The translations under genes and the position numbers were made by a program. A stretch of 64,000 nucleotides of DNA from an uncultured Solirubrobacterales bacterium (GTDB taxonomy: Bacteria; Actinomycetota; Thermoleophilia; Solirubrobacterales; JBBDJG01), in the NCBI GenBank assembly GCA_963716195.1, contig OY970293.1, forward strand, positions 1,014,119 to 1,078,118, given 5' to 3'. The first letter of the stretch is position 1; every line of letters begins with the position of its first letter. Under the pieces are notes generated by a model that was given only the letters and a program-made list of their open reading frames with translations, was not told the DNA's origin and did not search any database. This document shows positions 18,326-27,947 of the stretch, piece by piece.

Positions 18326-21300
18326 TTATAGCCCGTCGAAGAAGGCGAGCAGCGAGCGCGGCTGTCCGCCTGCAGTCGTGAACTGGCCACCGGCCGCCAG
18401 CGTCGAGCCATCGCTCGCCACGTCGTAGACGACCTTGTCGGGGCCGGGGTTCCACCCGTCCGGGGAGCCGTCGGTCCTGTTGGTCTGCGCGAGCCGCAGG
18501 CGGTTGATGCCCTTCACCTGGTCGAACGCGCCCGCGATCGTGACCATGGACGTCGAGGCATGGACGTCGTAGACGGTGCCGGACGCGGGGCCACCGACGG
18601 ACGTGACCGAGGGGTCCCAGCCCGTGGCGACGTCGGTGAGGTAGAGGTGGACCTCGGCCGCCCGGCTTCGCGTCAGGCCGCCGATCAAGCCGAATTGCCC
18701 GCCAACGTAGATGGTGGACGACGAAGTCAGGTCCAGCGCGCGCACCGCGCCGTCGGGCGCCGGGTCCCAGGCGGTGGCCACGCCGAGCGTGCGGTCGAGC
18801 TCGACGAGGTTGCGGTTCGCCAGTCCGACGATCAGACCGGTACCGCCGGCATAGATCCGCGTCGGCCCGACCTCCACGGTGAAGACGGTGCCCGCTGTCA
18901 CCTCCGGGTTCCAGGAGGTGCGGAGGCCCGCACCGGTCAGCGCGAGCTCGGCAATCGGGCCGCTCGGCTGGGAGTTCAGCGATGTGAAGGCGCCGCCGGC
19001 GAAGATCGAGTTGGCGCCGAGCCCCAGTGAGTGAACGGTCCCGTCCGCGTTGGGATTCCAGGCGGTGAGGGTCCCGCCGCCGCCCGTGCCAATCGCCGCC
19101 AGCCGGCCGCGCGCCTGCCCGTTGACGGTCGTGAAGCTGCCCGCGATGTAAAGCGTCTGCCCGTTCGCGGACAGGGCCATCGCGCGCACTGTGTCGTCGG
19201 TGGCGCCGTTGCCGTCGTTGGTGGTCGGGTTCCAGCTGTTGTCCACCGTCTTGTCGCTCTTGATGTGTGCGATGTTGCCGTGCGTCGCTCCGCCGACCGT
19301 GGTGAAGTTGCCGCCCACGTACCAACCGCCGTTTCCGTCGGGCAGCACCGAGCGCACCTCCGTGCCGGTCACGTTCGGCCAGCCACCTTCGGGCGTGCCC
19401 GACACCACCTGCTCGTCCACGAGCCACCTGTGGGTCGCCGGCGTCGGGTCGGGGGTGCCCTTGGAGTCGAACGTGCGAATGCTGAGGATGTGCTCCCCGT
19501 AGGACAGGCTCGTGAGGTCGAGCGGGCTCTGACAATTGGGCAGCACGGCACCGTCGAGCACGCATTCGAAGGTGCTGCGCGACTCTGAGCTCGAGAAGGT
19601 GAAATGCGCGTCCCGGTCGGTGGTCGGGTCGGCCGGCTTCGGATCATTGATCGTCGTCTGCGGTGGTGGGTCTGCGAAGAAGGCCAGGTGCCTGCGCGGG
19701 GTCTCGCCCGAGTAGGTGAACTCTCCGGCGACGGCAAGCGTGCCCGCATGGAAGGCGGTCTCGTAGACGATCGGCGTGGAGCCCGGGTAAGTGAGCGCGG
19801 GATTCCAGTCCGTCGGGGTGCCGTCAGCGCGGCTCGTCTCGGCGACGCGGCTGCGGCTGATCTCGCCCTTGAGGAAGTTGAACGTGCCCCCGATCACCGC
19901 CGTGTGCGGGAACACCATGATGTCCTCGAGGTAGCCGATAGTCGAGTTGTCGGGGTTGCCCGCGACTCGAGCCGATGGATTCCAGCCGGTGGCCGCGCCC
20001 GTTCCCACGCTGAACTCGGCGGCCTTCTTGCGCTGCACGCCGCCCTGGACGTTCACGAAGTTGCCGCCCGCAAAGATCGTCGAGGAATCGAGCTCCACGC
20101 CCCTGACGTTGTGGTCCGGCCCCGGGTTCCATGAAGTGGCAGCGCCCGTATTGCGGCTCAGCTCCACCAGCGGTCGCGTCACCCCACCGACCTGAAGCGT
20201 CCTGAAGCCACCCACGTACACGCTCGATGAGCTGAGTGCGAGCGAGTAGACGAGCGGAGGCGTCGCTCCCGGCGGGTCGAGCTGAGGCGTCCACGCGGTC
20301 GGCGCTCCCGTGCCGGCGAGCGGAATCTCGGCGACGTAGTTGCGGGTCTGTCCATTGATGCGCGTGAACAGACCCCCCGCGTACACGCTGTTGGAGCCGA
20401 GCGCGAGCGCCAGGACCCCCGCGGGCGTTCCGGAGCCGTCGGTAGCGTTCGGATTCCAGGCAGTCGGCCCGCCGTTGGCGGCGTTGACGTTGAGTGCAGC
20501 AAGGCCGTTACGCGTCGAGCCGTTGACCGTCGTGAAGCTCCCTCCTATGTAGAGCGTGTTGCGGTCGGACGACAGGGCCAGAGCGTTGACCGTGCCGTTG
20601 GTGGCAGGGCTCCACGTGTCCACGGTCTTGTCGTACTTGATGTGCGCGACGTTGGCATGTGCCGCGCCGCCCACATGGCTGAAGTTGCCCCCGACGTACC
20701 AGCCACCCACGCCGTCGGAGATGACGGCCCCCACGACCGACCCCGCCGTGATGTCGGGCCAGCTCGTGTCGGGGGCGTCCTGGAACGTCGGCAGCGCCTG
20801 GGTGCTCCAGTCGAATTGCGCAGGGGTGGGATCGACGTTGCCGGCACGGTCGGTCGCCCTCACGAGCATGGTGTGATCCCCGTTCGGGAGCCCGTCCCAC
20901 GTCTTGGTGTAGGTGACCGGACTGCCGGCCGGCAGGCTGTCGGCGTCTGCGTGAGTCCCGCATGGCGCGTAGGCACCGCCGTCGAGCGAGCACTCGAGGA
21001 GGCGGGCGAGCTCGCCTGCCCTGTACCTGACAGTGACCTCCGTTGCGAAGACCGGGCTCGCCGGGCCCGAGAAGATCGTGGTGTCGGGGTTCGTATTGTC
21101 GACCTGCCATGCGTAGCTCACGGGTGTCGGGTCCGGCACCGCGCCGTCCATCGCGCGCACCGTGAAGGTGTGCTTGGCGTCCAAGAGCCCGGAATAGCTC
21201 TTACTGCCGCTGTTGCAGGCCGTGAAGGCGCCGGTGTCGAGCTTGCACTCGAAGCCGGTCGCGCCCGGCGAGCCGGTGAACGTGAACGTGGCGGTGGCGC

Positions 21301-23209
21301 GGTCTGAGAGCTTCAGCGGCTGGTTCGCGTTGGCAGTCAAGGTGGTCTCCGGCTCCCCGGAGACGATCGTCCACGCATAAGAGGCGGGAGACTGGTCGCG
21401 GTTGTTCCACGGGTCCACTGCCCGCGCCTCGATGGTGTGGTCGCCGGTGCCGAGGTTGAACGTGTCCGTGCTCTGGCAGCTCTGGAAGCCACCCCCATCG
21501 AGGGCGCACTCGAAGTCGCTGCCCGGCTCGGTAGCGGTGAACGTGAACGTCGGCGAGGTGTCGCCGCTCTGCGACCCGGGCTTGACCGTGATGCCGGTAT
21601 CCACGGGCAGGACAGGCGGATCCGTGTCGGCGGGGCAGCTCGACTCCGAGCACTGCCTGTCGGCGGCCAGCCTGCTCGACAGGTCGGCGATAGGAGGATC
21701 GTTGCGAGGGTCGCCATCCCTGAGCAGATTCGTCAGCTGGTAGGGATCGGTCGTGAGGTCGTAGTACTCGCGCGCGACCGCCGTGTCGTCGTCCTGGGCA
21801 GGGATCGTCTGGCCGCCGTCGACGTAATCGGCGGTGGGGGTCGGCGGATCGGGGCCTTCAACCCCATCCGGGTCCGAGTAGCGCTCGGTGTACTGGAAGG
21901 TAGGAGTCCGGATCGCCGCGAACTGGCCGGCGTTCGTGTTCGCTGTGGCGCCGAAGTGCTCGAGCAGGAGCCGGTTGCGCCTGAGCGCGGGGTTGGAGCG
22001 GATGTCGAACACAGAGGTTCCGTCCGCGTGGGGAGGATCCGTGTCCGCCAGATGCGTGGCGTCGAGGACGCTCGGCGCCAAGTCGATGTTCGCCACCAGC
22101 CGCGAGTCGGTCGTCCCGGTCGCGACGCCCCCGTCCGGATAGCGCATGAAGAGCGGCACCTTCGCGGCCTCGTCGTACGGCGCCGCCTTACCGCCCTGCC
22201 CGTGCTCGCCCCACATGTAGCCGTTGTCGGAAATGAAGACCGCGAGCGTATTGTCCGCTTCGCCGTGTGCGACGAGGTTCTGCATCACGGACTCGACCAT
22301 GTCGTCGGCGGACATCAGCATGCGAAGCTGAGCTGCGCGGATGTCCTGGACCTCGGCGTCTCCCGTCGAGGCGGGCTGCTCGCTGAAGGGCTTGTCGAGC
22401 GGGTCCTGCTCGAAGTAGGAGGGAGGGGGGGTGAACGCCGGCACGGGCGCGTTCGCGTACTGCGGAGCGGGAGTGAACGGGCTGTGCGGCGTGGTCGGGG
22501 CCAGGTACAGGAACCAGGGCCGGGCGTCGTCGTCCTCCGCCTCGGCGAGGAACCCGTCGACCCGCTGCGAGATGTACGTGGTCTCGTATTCCGGGATCGT
22601 CTTCACCGTGCCCTGTTCGTTGGCGGTGAATCGCGAATGCGCTCCGATGCTCCACACCGAGTAACGGTCGAAGTACGGCGGCGGGTCGGCTCCCGTGATG
22701 TCCCAGATGTTGAAGTACTTGCCGAACAGGCCGGTGAAGTAGCCGTTCCATCCTGGTCCCGACGCTTGCTTGAGGTGGTACTGCAGCGTGCTCAGCTGGC
22801 CGGGCGACGTGCCGTCGGTGCCCCAGCCGTCCGGCGGCGCGTGGGTGACGTCGGTGTTCGTCTCGACTCCACTGCGGTGGGCGTACCGGCCCGAGAAGAT
22901 CGAGGCGCGGGACGGGCAGCAGAGCGGGGTGGTGACGAACCCGTTGGTGAACTCGGTTCCGCCCGTGATGCCTGGGGCGCCGTCCCGGAACCACTTCAGC
23001 GTCTTCGGCATCACGGCCGTGCCGGCGAGGTTCTCGTCGTCGGTGACGATGAAGAGGACGTTCGGCTTGCTGCCGGCGGGGCCGACGTGGCTGGCCGGCG
23101 CCGCAGGGGCAAGCGCCAGGCTCGCACCCGCAACCACCAGAAGGGCCGCCACAAACGCGACGGCCGTTGCTATACCGCGCTGTCGGGGAGCGCCTTTGTT
23201 CAGGTTCAG
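18326..23209 (-). CDS. Very large secreted or membrane-anchored multidomain protein: Cys-type sulfatase + Ig-like modules + two beta-propellers
   Basis: Signal/anchor AVAFVAALLVVAGASLALAPAAPA, then a sulfatase with LCCPSRASIFSGRY (C-x-P-x-R) and DNGYMWGEHG. There are four Ig-like modules with the F-E-C-x-L-D-G...C pattern. Two regions of about 360 aa carry the reiterated GG-F-t-v-n-G-x-x-R-x-x-L-A motif (delta-60/DUF5122-like propeller blades). Start is uncertain: CTG 23209 lies 8 nt after GGAGGTG, and the only ATG (23368) would overlap argH antisense. Confidence 0.8.
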   Translation of the reverse strand: MNLNKGAPRQRGIATAVAFVAALLVVAGASLALAPAAPASHVGPAGSKPNVLFIVTDDENLAGTAVMPKTLKWFRDGAPGITGGTEFTNGFVTTPLCCPSRASIFSGRYAHRSGVETNTDVTHAPPDGWGTDGTSPGQLSTLQYHLKQASGPGWNGYFTGLFGKYFNIWDITGADPPPYFDRYSVWSIGAHSRFTANEQGTVKTIPEYETTYISQRVDGFLAEAEDDDARPWFLYLAPTTPHSPFTPAPQYANAPVPAFTPPPSYFEQDPLDKPFSEQPASTGDAEVQDIRAAQLRMLMSADDMVESVMQNLVAHGEADNTLAVFISDNGYMWGEHGQGGKAAPYDEAAKVPLFMRYPDGGVATGTTDSRLVANIDLAPSVLDATHLADTDPPHADGTSVFDIRSNPALRRNRLLLEHFGATANTNAGQFAAIRTPTFQYTERYSDPDGVEGPDPPTPTADYVDGGQTIPAQDDDTAVAREYYDLTTDPYQLTNLLRDGDPRNDPPIADLSSRLAADRQCSESSCPADTDPPVLPVDTGITVKPGSQSGDTSPTFTFTATEPGSDFECALDGGGFQSCQSTDTFNLGTGDHTIEARAVDPWNNRDQSPASYAWTIVSGEPETTLTANANQPLKLSDRATATFTFTGSPGATGFECKLDTGAFTACNSGSKSYSGLLDAKHTFTVRAMDGAVPDPTPVSYAWQVDNTNPDTTIFSGPASPVFATEVTVRYRAGELARLLECSLDGGAYAPCGTHADADSLPAGSPVTYTKTWDGLPNGDHTMLVRATDRAGNVDPTPAQFDWSTQALPTFQDAPDTSWPDITAGSVVGAVISDGVGGWYVGGNFSHVGGAAHANVAHIKYDKTVDTWSPATNGTVNALALSSDRNTLYIGGSFTTVNGSTRNGLAALNVNAANGGPTAWNPNATDGSGTPAGVLALALGSNSVYAGGLFTRINGQTRNYVAEIPLAGTGAPTAWTPQLDPPGATPPLVYSLALSSSSVYVGGFRTLQVGGVTRPLVELSRNTGAATSWNPGPDHNVRGVELDSSTIFAGGNFVNVQGGVQRKKAAEFSVGTGAATGWNPSARVAGNPDNSTIGYLEDIMVFPHTAVIGGTFNFLKGEISRSRVAETSRADGTPTDWNPALTYPGSTPIVYETAFHAGTLAVAGEFTYSGETPRRHLAFFADPPPQTTINDPKPADPTTDRDAHFTFSSSESRSTFECVLDGAVLPNCQSPLDLTSLSYGEHILSIRTFDSKGTPDPTPATHRWLVDEQVVSGTPEGGWPNVTGTEVRSVLPDGNGGWYVGGNFTTVGGATHGNIAHIKSDKTVDNSWNPTTNDGNGATDDTVRAMALSANGQTLYIAGSFTTVNGQARGRLAAIGTGGGGTLTAWNPNADGTVHSLGLGANSIFAGGAFTSLNSQPSGPIAELALTGAGLRTSWNPEVTAGTVFTVEVGPTRIYAGGTGLIVGLANRNLVELDRTLGVATAWDPAPDGAVRALDLTSSSTIYVGGQFGLIGGLTRSRAAEVHLYLTDVATGWDPSVTSVGGPASGTVYDVHASTSMVTIAGAFDQVKGINRLRLAQTNRTDGSPDGWNPGPDKVVYDVASDGSTLAAGGQFTTAGGQPRSLLAFFDGL

Positions 23210-23279
23210 CCGACCGCCACCTCCCAGCCAGAGGCTAACCGATCCCGAGAGCTCCTCGCCCGACCTTAAACTCTGGAAC

Positions 23280-24668
23280 GTGTCACGGTTCCGCGGTCCA
23301 CCTGATCCGGGGTTCGAGAAGCTGAACGCCTCGATCGGCTTCGACGTGCGGCTGTGGCCGCAGGACATCGCCCAGTCGCGGGCGCACGTGGCGATGCTGG
23401 CGGGCGCCGGGATCCTGACCGAGGAGGAGGCGCGGGAGCTGACCTCCGGCCTCGACCGGGTGGCCGTCGAGCTGGCCGAGGGCACCTTCGCGTTCGATCC
23501 GGGCGACGAGGACGTGCACATGGCGATCGAGCGCCGCTTGACCGAGCTGGTCGGTCCGGTCGGCGGCAAGCTGCACACGGGCCGCTCCCGCAACGACCAG
23601 GTGGCCACCGACGTGGCCCTCTTCGTGCGCGAGCACGCCGAGCGCGCACGGTCGCTCGTCACGGACCTGATGACTGTCCTCGTCGAGGCCGCGGAGCGCC
23701 ACGCCGACTGGCCGATGCCGGGTTACACGCACCTCCAGCGCGCTCAGCCGGTCTACCTCTCCCACCACCTGCTCGCCTACTTCTGGATGCTCCGGCGCGA
23801 CCGTGTGCGGTTCGAGCACTGCGCGGTGGCGGCGGGCGATCTTCCCCTCGGCGCCGGCGCCCTGGCCGGGGTCAACTGGGACACGAACCGCGCGGCTGTC
23901 GCCGAGGAGCTCGGCTTCGAGTCTGTCGCCGACAACTCGCTCGATGCCGTGTCGAACCGCGACTTCGTGCTCGACTACCTGTCGGCGGCGGCTATCTGCA
24001 CGATGCACTTGTCCCGACTCGGCGCCGAGATCGTTCTGTGGTCGAGCGAGGAGTTCGGCTTCCTCGAGCTGAGCGACGCGTGGAGTTCGGGGTCGAGCAT
24101 CATGCCGCAGAAGAAGAACCCGGACGCAGCCGAGCTCCTGCGCGCGAAGGCGCCGCGCGTGGCCGGGCGGCTGCTGTCGCTGCTCGGGGTCATGCACGGG
24201 CTTCCGCTCGCCTACAACAAGGACATGCAGGAGGACAAGGAGCCGCTCTTCGATGCTGTCGATACGGTGGAGCTGTGCCTGCAGGCGGCGGCCGGCATGA
24301 TCACGACGGCGAGCTTCCGGCGCGAGCGTCTCGCCGCCGCAGCGTCGGACGAGATGCTCGCCGCCACCGACGTCGCCGACCTGCTCGTCCGGAGAGGGGT
24401 TCCGTTCCGCGAAGCGCACGCGATCGTCGGGGCGCTGGTCCGGCACGCGCTCGAGGCGGGCAAGGAACTGTCCGAGCTGGAGCCGAGCGACCTCGCGCGG
24501 TTTTCCGACGGGCTCGACGACGAGTATTACGAGGTGTTGCGCGGACGCTCGTGGCTGGAATCGAAGGTCTCCGAGGGCGGCACCTCGTCGGAGCGGATTC
24601 AGGAGCAGCTCGAACGGGCGCGCTCGGTCCTCGCCGCCGAGAAGGAGTCGGTGGATGCCAAAGCGTGA
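23280..24668 (+). CDS. argH: Argininosuccinate lyase
   Basis: Fumarate-lyase family signature GSSIMPQKKNPD plus FDVRLWPQDIAQSRAHVAMLA. The first canonical start is GTG 23280, although the conserved K-L-W of the family N-terminus is encoded just upstream (23268-23276). Confidence 0.9.
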   Translation: MSRFRGPPDPGFEKLNASIGFDVRLWPQDIAQSRAHVAMLAGAGILTEEEARELTSGLDRVAVELAEGTFAFDPGDEDVHMAIERRLTELVGPVGGKLHTGRSRNDQVATDVALFVREHAERARSLVTDLMTVLVEAAERHADWPMPGYTHLQRAQPVYLSHHLLAYFWMLRRDRVRFEHCAVAAGDLPLGAGALAGVNWDTNRAAVAEELGFESVADNSLDAVSNRDFVLDYLSAAAICTMHLSRLGAEIVLWSSEEFGFLELSDAWSSGSSIMPQKKNPDAAELLRAKAPRVAGRLLSLLGVMHGLPLAYNKDMQEDKEPLFDAVDTVELCLQAAAGMITTASFRRERLAAAASDEMLAATDVADLLVRRGVPFREAHAIVGALVRHALEAGKELSELEPSDLARFSDGLDDEYYEVLRGRSWLESKVSEGGTSSERIQEQLERARSVLAAEKESVDAKA

Positions 24669-24915
24669 GCCGCGGATGGTCCCGCTCGGCTATGGCAAGT
24701 ACGCGCGCGCCGACCGGATCTACGCCGTGGTGCCGCTCGATCCCGGTGAGCGCGGAGACGGGCGGCGGACCTTCGTGCACGTCGACGGGCTGGACCAGCC
24801 GCTCGTCGCCTCGCGCTCGGAGCGGGCGATCCTCACCGACGTCGAGGCGGCACTGACAGAGGCGGCCGGCATCCCGCGGCGGCGCCGGGGGAAGGGGCAG
24901 GAGGGGCTCTTCTAG
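24655..24915 (+). CDS. DUF370 / RemA-like small protein
   Basis: 86 aa. MVPLGYGKYARADRIYAVVPLD...RRTFVHVDG...LVASRSERAIL resembles the RemA/DUF370 pattern. Its start overlaps the argH stop. Confidence 0.6.
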   Translation: MPKREPRMVPLGYGKYARADRIYAVVPLDPGERGDGRRTFVHVDGLDQPLVASRSERAILTDVEAALTEAAGIPRRRRGKGQEGLF

Positions 24916-25505
24916 TGGCGGTGGCCCTCGGGCCGCTGGCGGCCGGCTTCTTCGACCGGTCCGTGCACGACGTGGCGCGGGACCTGATCGGTTGCACTGT
25001 CTCCCACGCCGGGACGTCGGGTGTGATCGTGGAGACCGAGAGCTATCACGCGGACGAGCCCGCGTGTCACGCGTTCAACGGGCGCACGGCTCGTAACGCC
25101 GCGCTCTTCGGGCCGCCCGGCTACGCGTACGTGTACTTCTCGTACGGCATGCACAACCTGCTCAACTTCGTCACCGACCGCGAGGGTGAAGCATCGGCAG
25201 TCCTGATTCGCGCGCTGGAACCGGAGGAAGGCGTCGACCTCATGAAAGAGCGGCGCGGCGTCGGCCGGCTCGAACAGCTCTGCTCGGGGCCGGGCAAGCT
25301 CACCGAGGCGCTGGCGATCGGACTCGAGCTGAACGGAACGTCGCTCGAGAGTGGGCCGATCCGGGTGTATCCGCGCCCGGATCCCTGGCGCGATCCGGAG
25401 ATCGTGAGTAGTGCAAGGGTCGGAATCAGCAAGGCGACGGACCTGCCGTGGCGCTTCACCGCGGCCGGCAATCCGAACGTCTCCCGCCCGCGACCGCGTT
25501 CCTGA
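24915..25505 (+). CDS. mpg: DNA-3-methyladenine glycosylase (AAG/Mpg family)
   Basis: VARDLIGC, GVIVETESYHADEPACHAFNGRTARNAALFGPPGYAYVYFSYGMHNLLNFV. Confidence 0.9.
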   Translation: MAVALGPLAAGFFDRSVHDVARDLIGCTVSHAGTSGVIVETESYHADEPACHAFNGRTARNAALFGPPGYAYVYFSYGMHNLLNFVTDREGEASAVLIRALEPEEGVDLMKERRGVGRLEQLCSGPGKLTEALAIGLELNGTSLESGPIRVYPRPDPWRDPEIVSSARVGISKATDLPWRFTAAGNPNVSRPRPRS

Positions 25506-25514
25506 CCTGCCGCG

Positions 25515-27917
25515 CTAGGGTGGCGCGCCGGCGCCACCGCCACCGGCGCCGGCCGGCCCACCCTGTCCGGTCGGGCCGCCACCCTGGCCGCCGTCGGGCG
25601 GCGGTGTGGGGGCCGGCTCGGTTGGCTGCGGCTCGGGCGGCGGAGCGGGCTCGCCGCCTGCGTCCGGCGCGGGCGCCTGCCGCTCCGGCTCGCGCTGCTT
25701 GCGGCGGTTGTCCTTGTTGCCGTTGCGATCCGTCTTTGGCTGCGCCTCGCCACCGTTGGTCGGTCCCTGCGAGGGCGCCGCTCCCGGCGCCGGGATCAGC
25801 AGCTCCTGCTCCTCGTCGGGCTTGCGCCGCCCGTCGCGGATGCTCTTCACCCGCAGCATGAAGTCCTTCCAGATCTCCGCCGGATAGGTGCCACCGGCCA
25901 CGGGCTTGCCGCGGTACTCGGTCTCCATCGGCTTGCCGCCGGTCGGGTAGCCGACCCACACGGCGACAGTGAGGGTGCTCGTGTAGCCCACGAACAGGGC
26001 GTCGACGTAGTTCTCCGTCGTTCCGGTCTTCCCGGCAGCGAACTCTCCCGGGATCGCAGCTGCCTTTCCAGTCCCGCCCGAGATCACCGTCTGGAGGATC
26101 TGGGTCGCCTGCTGCGCCACTCCGTCGGGGATCACTCGCTTCGTCTTCGTGTGGTTCTCGTCGTCGATGCTTGCACCCCTCACGTCCGTGTATGCGACCG
26201 GACCGTCGTCGTAGGCGGCGAGGGTGCCGCTCACGCGGCTGCCGCTGTGCGCGAGCGTGAGGTAGGCGTCCGCGAGCTCGAGCGGGGTCACGCCGGTTCG
26301 CAGCCCGCCCAGGATCATCGCCGGGTTCGTCGACAGCTTGGTCCGGATTCCCATCTGCCTCGCGGTGCGCGCGACGTTCTTCGTCCCCACGTACTTACAG
26401 CCAAGCTCCGCGTAGACCGAGTTGTCGGATGTCGTCGTCGCGGTCGCAAGCGACGCGGTTCCGAGGTAGCGGTCCTCGTAGTTGCTGACCTCGAACGGTC
26501 CGGAGGGACAGTCGAGCGTCTTCTTGGTGGACGTAAACGTGCGGCCCGGCGAGATTCCCTTCTCGAGCGCGGCGACCAGCGTGAAGGGCTTGAAGGCCGA
26601 TCCTGGTTGGCGGTGACCCTGGGTGGCCAGGTTGAACGGCGTCTTCTCGAAGTCGTTGCCACCGACCATCGCGCGCACGCCGCCGGTCTTGTTGTCCAGC
26701 GCGACGAGCGCCACGCTCGGGCCGACTCCCGCGAGCCGCGCGACCGCCTGCTCGGCTGCCTGCTGGTAGCCGAGGTCGAGGGTGGTACGGATCTTCAGTC
26801 CGCCGCCGAACGTCGCGCCGGTGCCGTAGCGGTCGACCAGCTGCTGCTCGACCCATGCGGTGTAGTAGGGCACCTTGCTGATCTTCCGCGGCGTCCTTAT
26901 CTGTGACTCCGCCGGCAGGGCGCGCTTGCTCAGCTCCGCATACTCCCGTTCGTCGATGTAGCCCTGCTCGCGCATCTGCGACAGGACGAGGTTGCGCCGC
27001 TTTAGCGCGGTGGCCGGGTCGTGAATCGGGCTGTACGCCGACGGTGAGGCGACAAGCCCGGCGAGCAGCGCGGACTCGGCCGGGTCGAGGACGGATGCGC
27101 AGTGCGGCTCGCAGCCCGGGTGAAAGGACCCGAAGTAAACGCGCGCAGCGGACTCGATGCCGTACGCGCCCTCACCGAAGTAGACGGTGTTCAGGTACTG
27201 GGTGAGGATCTTGTCCTTGGGCCACTTGCGCTCGAGCTGGTAGGCGAGCGCCGCTTCCTTCAGCTTCTGGAACACGGAGCGGTTGGTCTGGGCGACGAGG
27301 GCGTTCTTGACGAACTGCTGAGTGATGGTCGAGCCGCCCTGCACCGCGCGCTGGCGCCGCACGTCTGCCCACAGGGCGCGGGCGATGCCCTGATAGTCGA
27401 GTCCCTTGTGCCGGTAGAAGCGCCGGTCCTCGATCGAGACCACGGCGTGCTTGATGCTCGGCGAAATCCACCTGCTGCCGACGAGGATGCGGTTCTCGTT
27501 GCCGGTCAGTACCGCGATGCGGTGCTTGTCGGGATCCTTGCCCGAGTAGGTGTGGTCGTAGAGGACGGAGTTGTGGGAGGCCTTGAACTCCTTGGTCGCC
27601 TCGAGTGAAGGAAGGTCCGAGGCGACGGCCATGAGCATCCCGAACACGGTGGAGATGAGCGCCAGCACGCCGAGGCCCAGCAGGACGAAGAACAGCCGCA
27701 GCTTGTTGACGCGGGGGCGAGGCCGGCGGGTAGAACGGCGCGTCCTGCCCGCGCCGTTTGGGCCGGGGCCGGCAGAGGTGCGGTGGCCGTCGGAGGAGCT
27801 TGCAACCCCGTTGCCGTCCGCCTCCTTGGACTTCTCCGACTTCTCCACCACCTGCAGGTGGCGGCGCCCGCCCGCCGAGCGGCGGAAGCGCTCTCGTCTG
27901 GGTTCGTCGTCCGGCAT
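25515..27917 (-). CDS. Class A penicillin-binding protein (glycosyltransferase + transpeptidase) with Pro/Gly-rich C-terminal tail
   Basis: GT51 motifs (SIEDRRFYRHKGLDYQGIARA, GGSTITQQFVKN), TPase motifs (SAFKPF, KTGTT), an N-terminal TM (LFFVLLGLGVLALISTVFGMLMAV) and a low-complexity C-terminus. Confidence 0.9.
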   Translation of the reverse strand: MPDDEPRRERFRRSAGGRRHLQVVEKSEKSKEADGNGVASSSDGHRTSAGPGPNGAGRTRRSTRRPRPRVNKLRLFFVLLGLGVLALISTVFGMLMAVASDLPSLEATKEFKASHNSVLYDHTYSGKDPDKHRIAVLTGNENRILVGSRWISPSIKHAVVSIEDRRFYRHKGLDYQGIARALWADVRRQRAVQGGSTITQQFVKNALVAQTNRSVFQKLKEAALAYQLERKWPKDKILTQYLNTVYFGEGAYGIESAARVYFGSFHPGCEPHCASVLDPAESALLAGLVASPSAYSPIHDPATALKRRNLVLSQMREQGYIDEREYAELSKRALPAESQIRTPRKISKVPYYTAWVEQQLVDRYGTGATFGGGLKIRTTLDLGYQQAAEQAVARLAGVGPSVALVALDNKTGGVRAMVGGNDFEKTPFNLATQGHRQPGSAFKPFTLVAALEKGISPGRTFTSTKKTLDCPSGPFEVSNYEDRYLGTASLATATTTSDNSVYAELGCKYVGTKNVARTARQMGIRTKLSTNPAMILGGLRTGVTPLELADAYLTLAHSGSRVSGTLAAYDDGPVAYTDVRGASIDDENHTKTKRVIPDGVAQQATQILQTVISGGTGKAAAIPGEFAAGKTGTTENYVDALFVGYTSTLTVAVWVGYPTGGKPMETEYRGKPVAGGTYPAEIWKDFMLRVKSIRDGRRKPDEEQELLIPAPGAAPSQGPTNGGEAQPKTDRNGNKDNRRKQREPERQAPAPDAGGEPAPPPEPQPTEPAPTPPPDGGQGGGPTGQGGPAGAGGGGAGAPP

Positions 27918-27947
27918 TCGAAGCAGCGGACGTTAGCATTGCCCCGG

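Noticed and set aside
23368-23662. ATG-initiated N-terminal extensions of the giant minus-strand ORF (track start 23662; internal ATG 23368).
   Set aside because: They would run antisense through the conserved 5' part of argH and add a 65-150 aa Ser/Arg-rich segment before the signal/anchor. A start near 23209 fits the SD and the signal peptide better, although the codon there is non-canonical.
27918-27947. T-box or other leader upstream of tyrS.
   Set aside because: Only 30 nt separate the divergent PBP and tyrS start codons, which is far too short for a T-box riboswitch.
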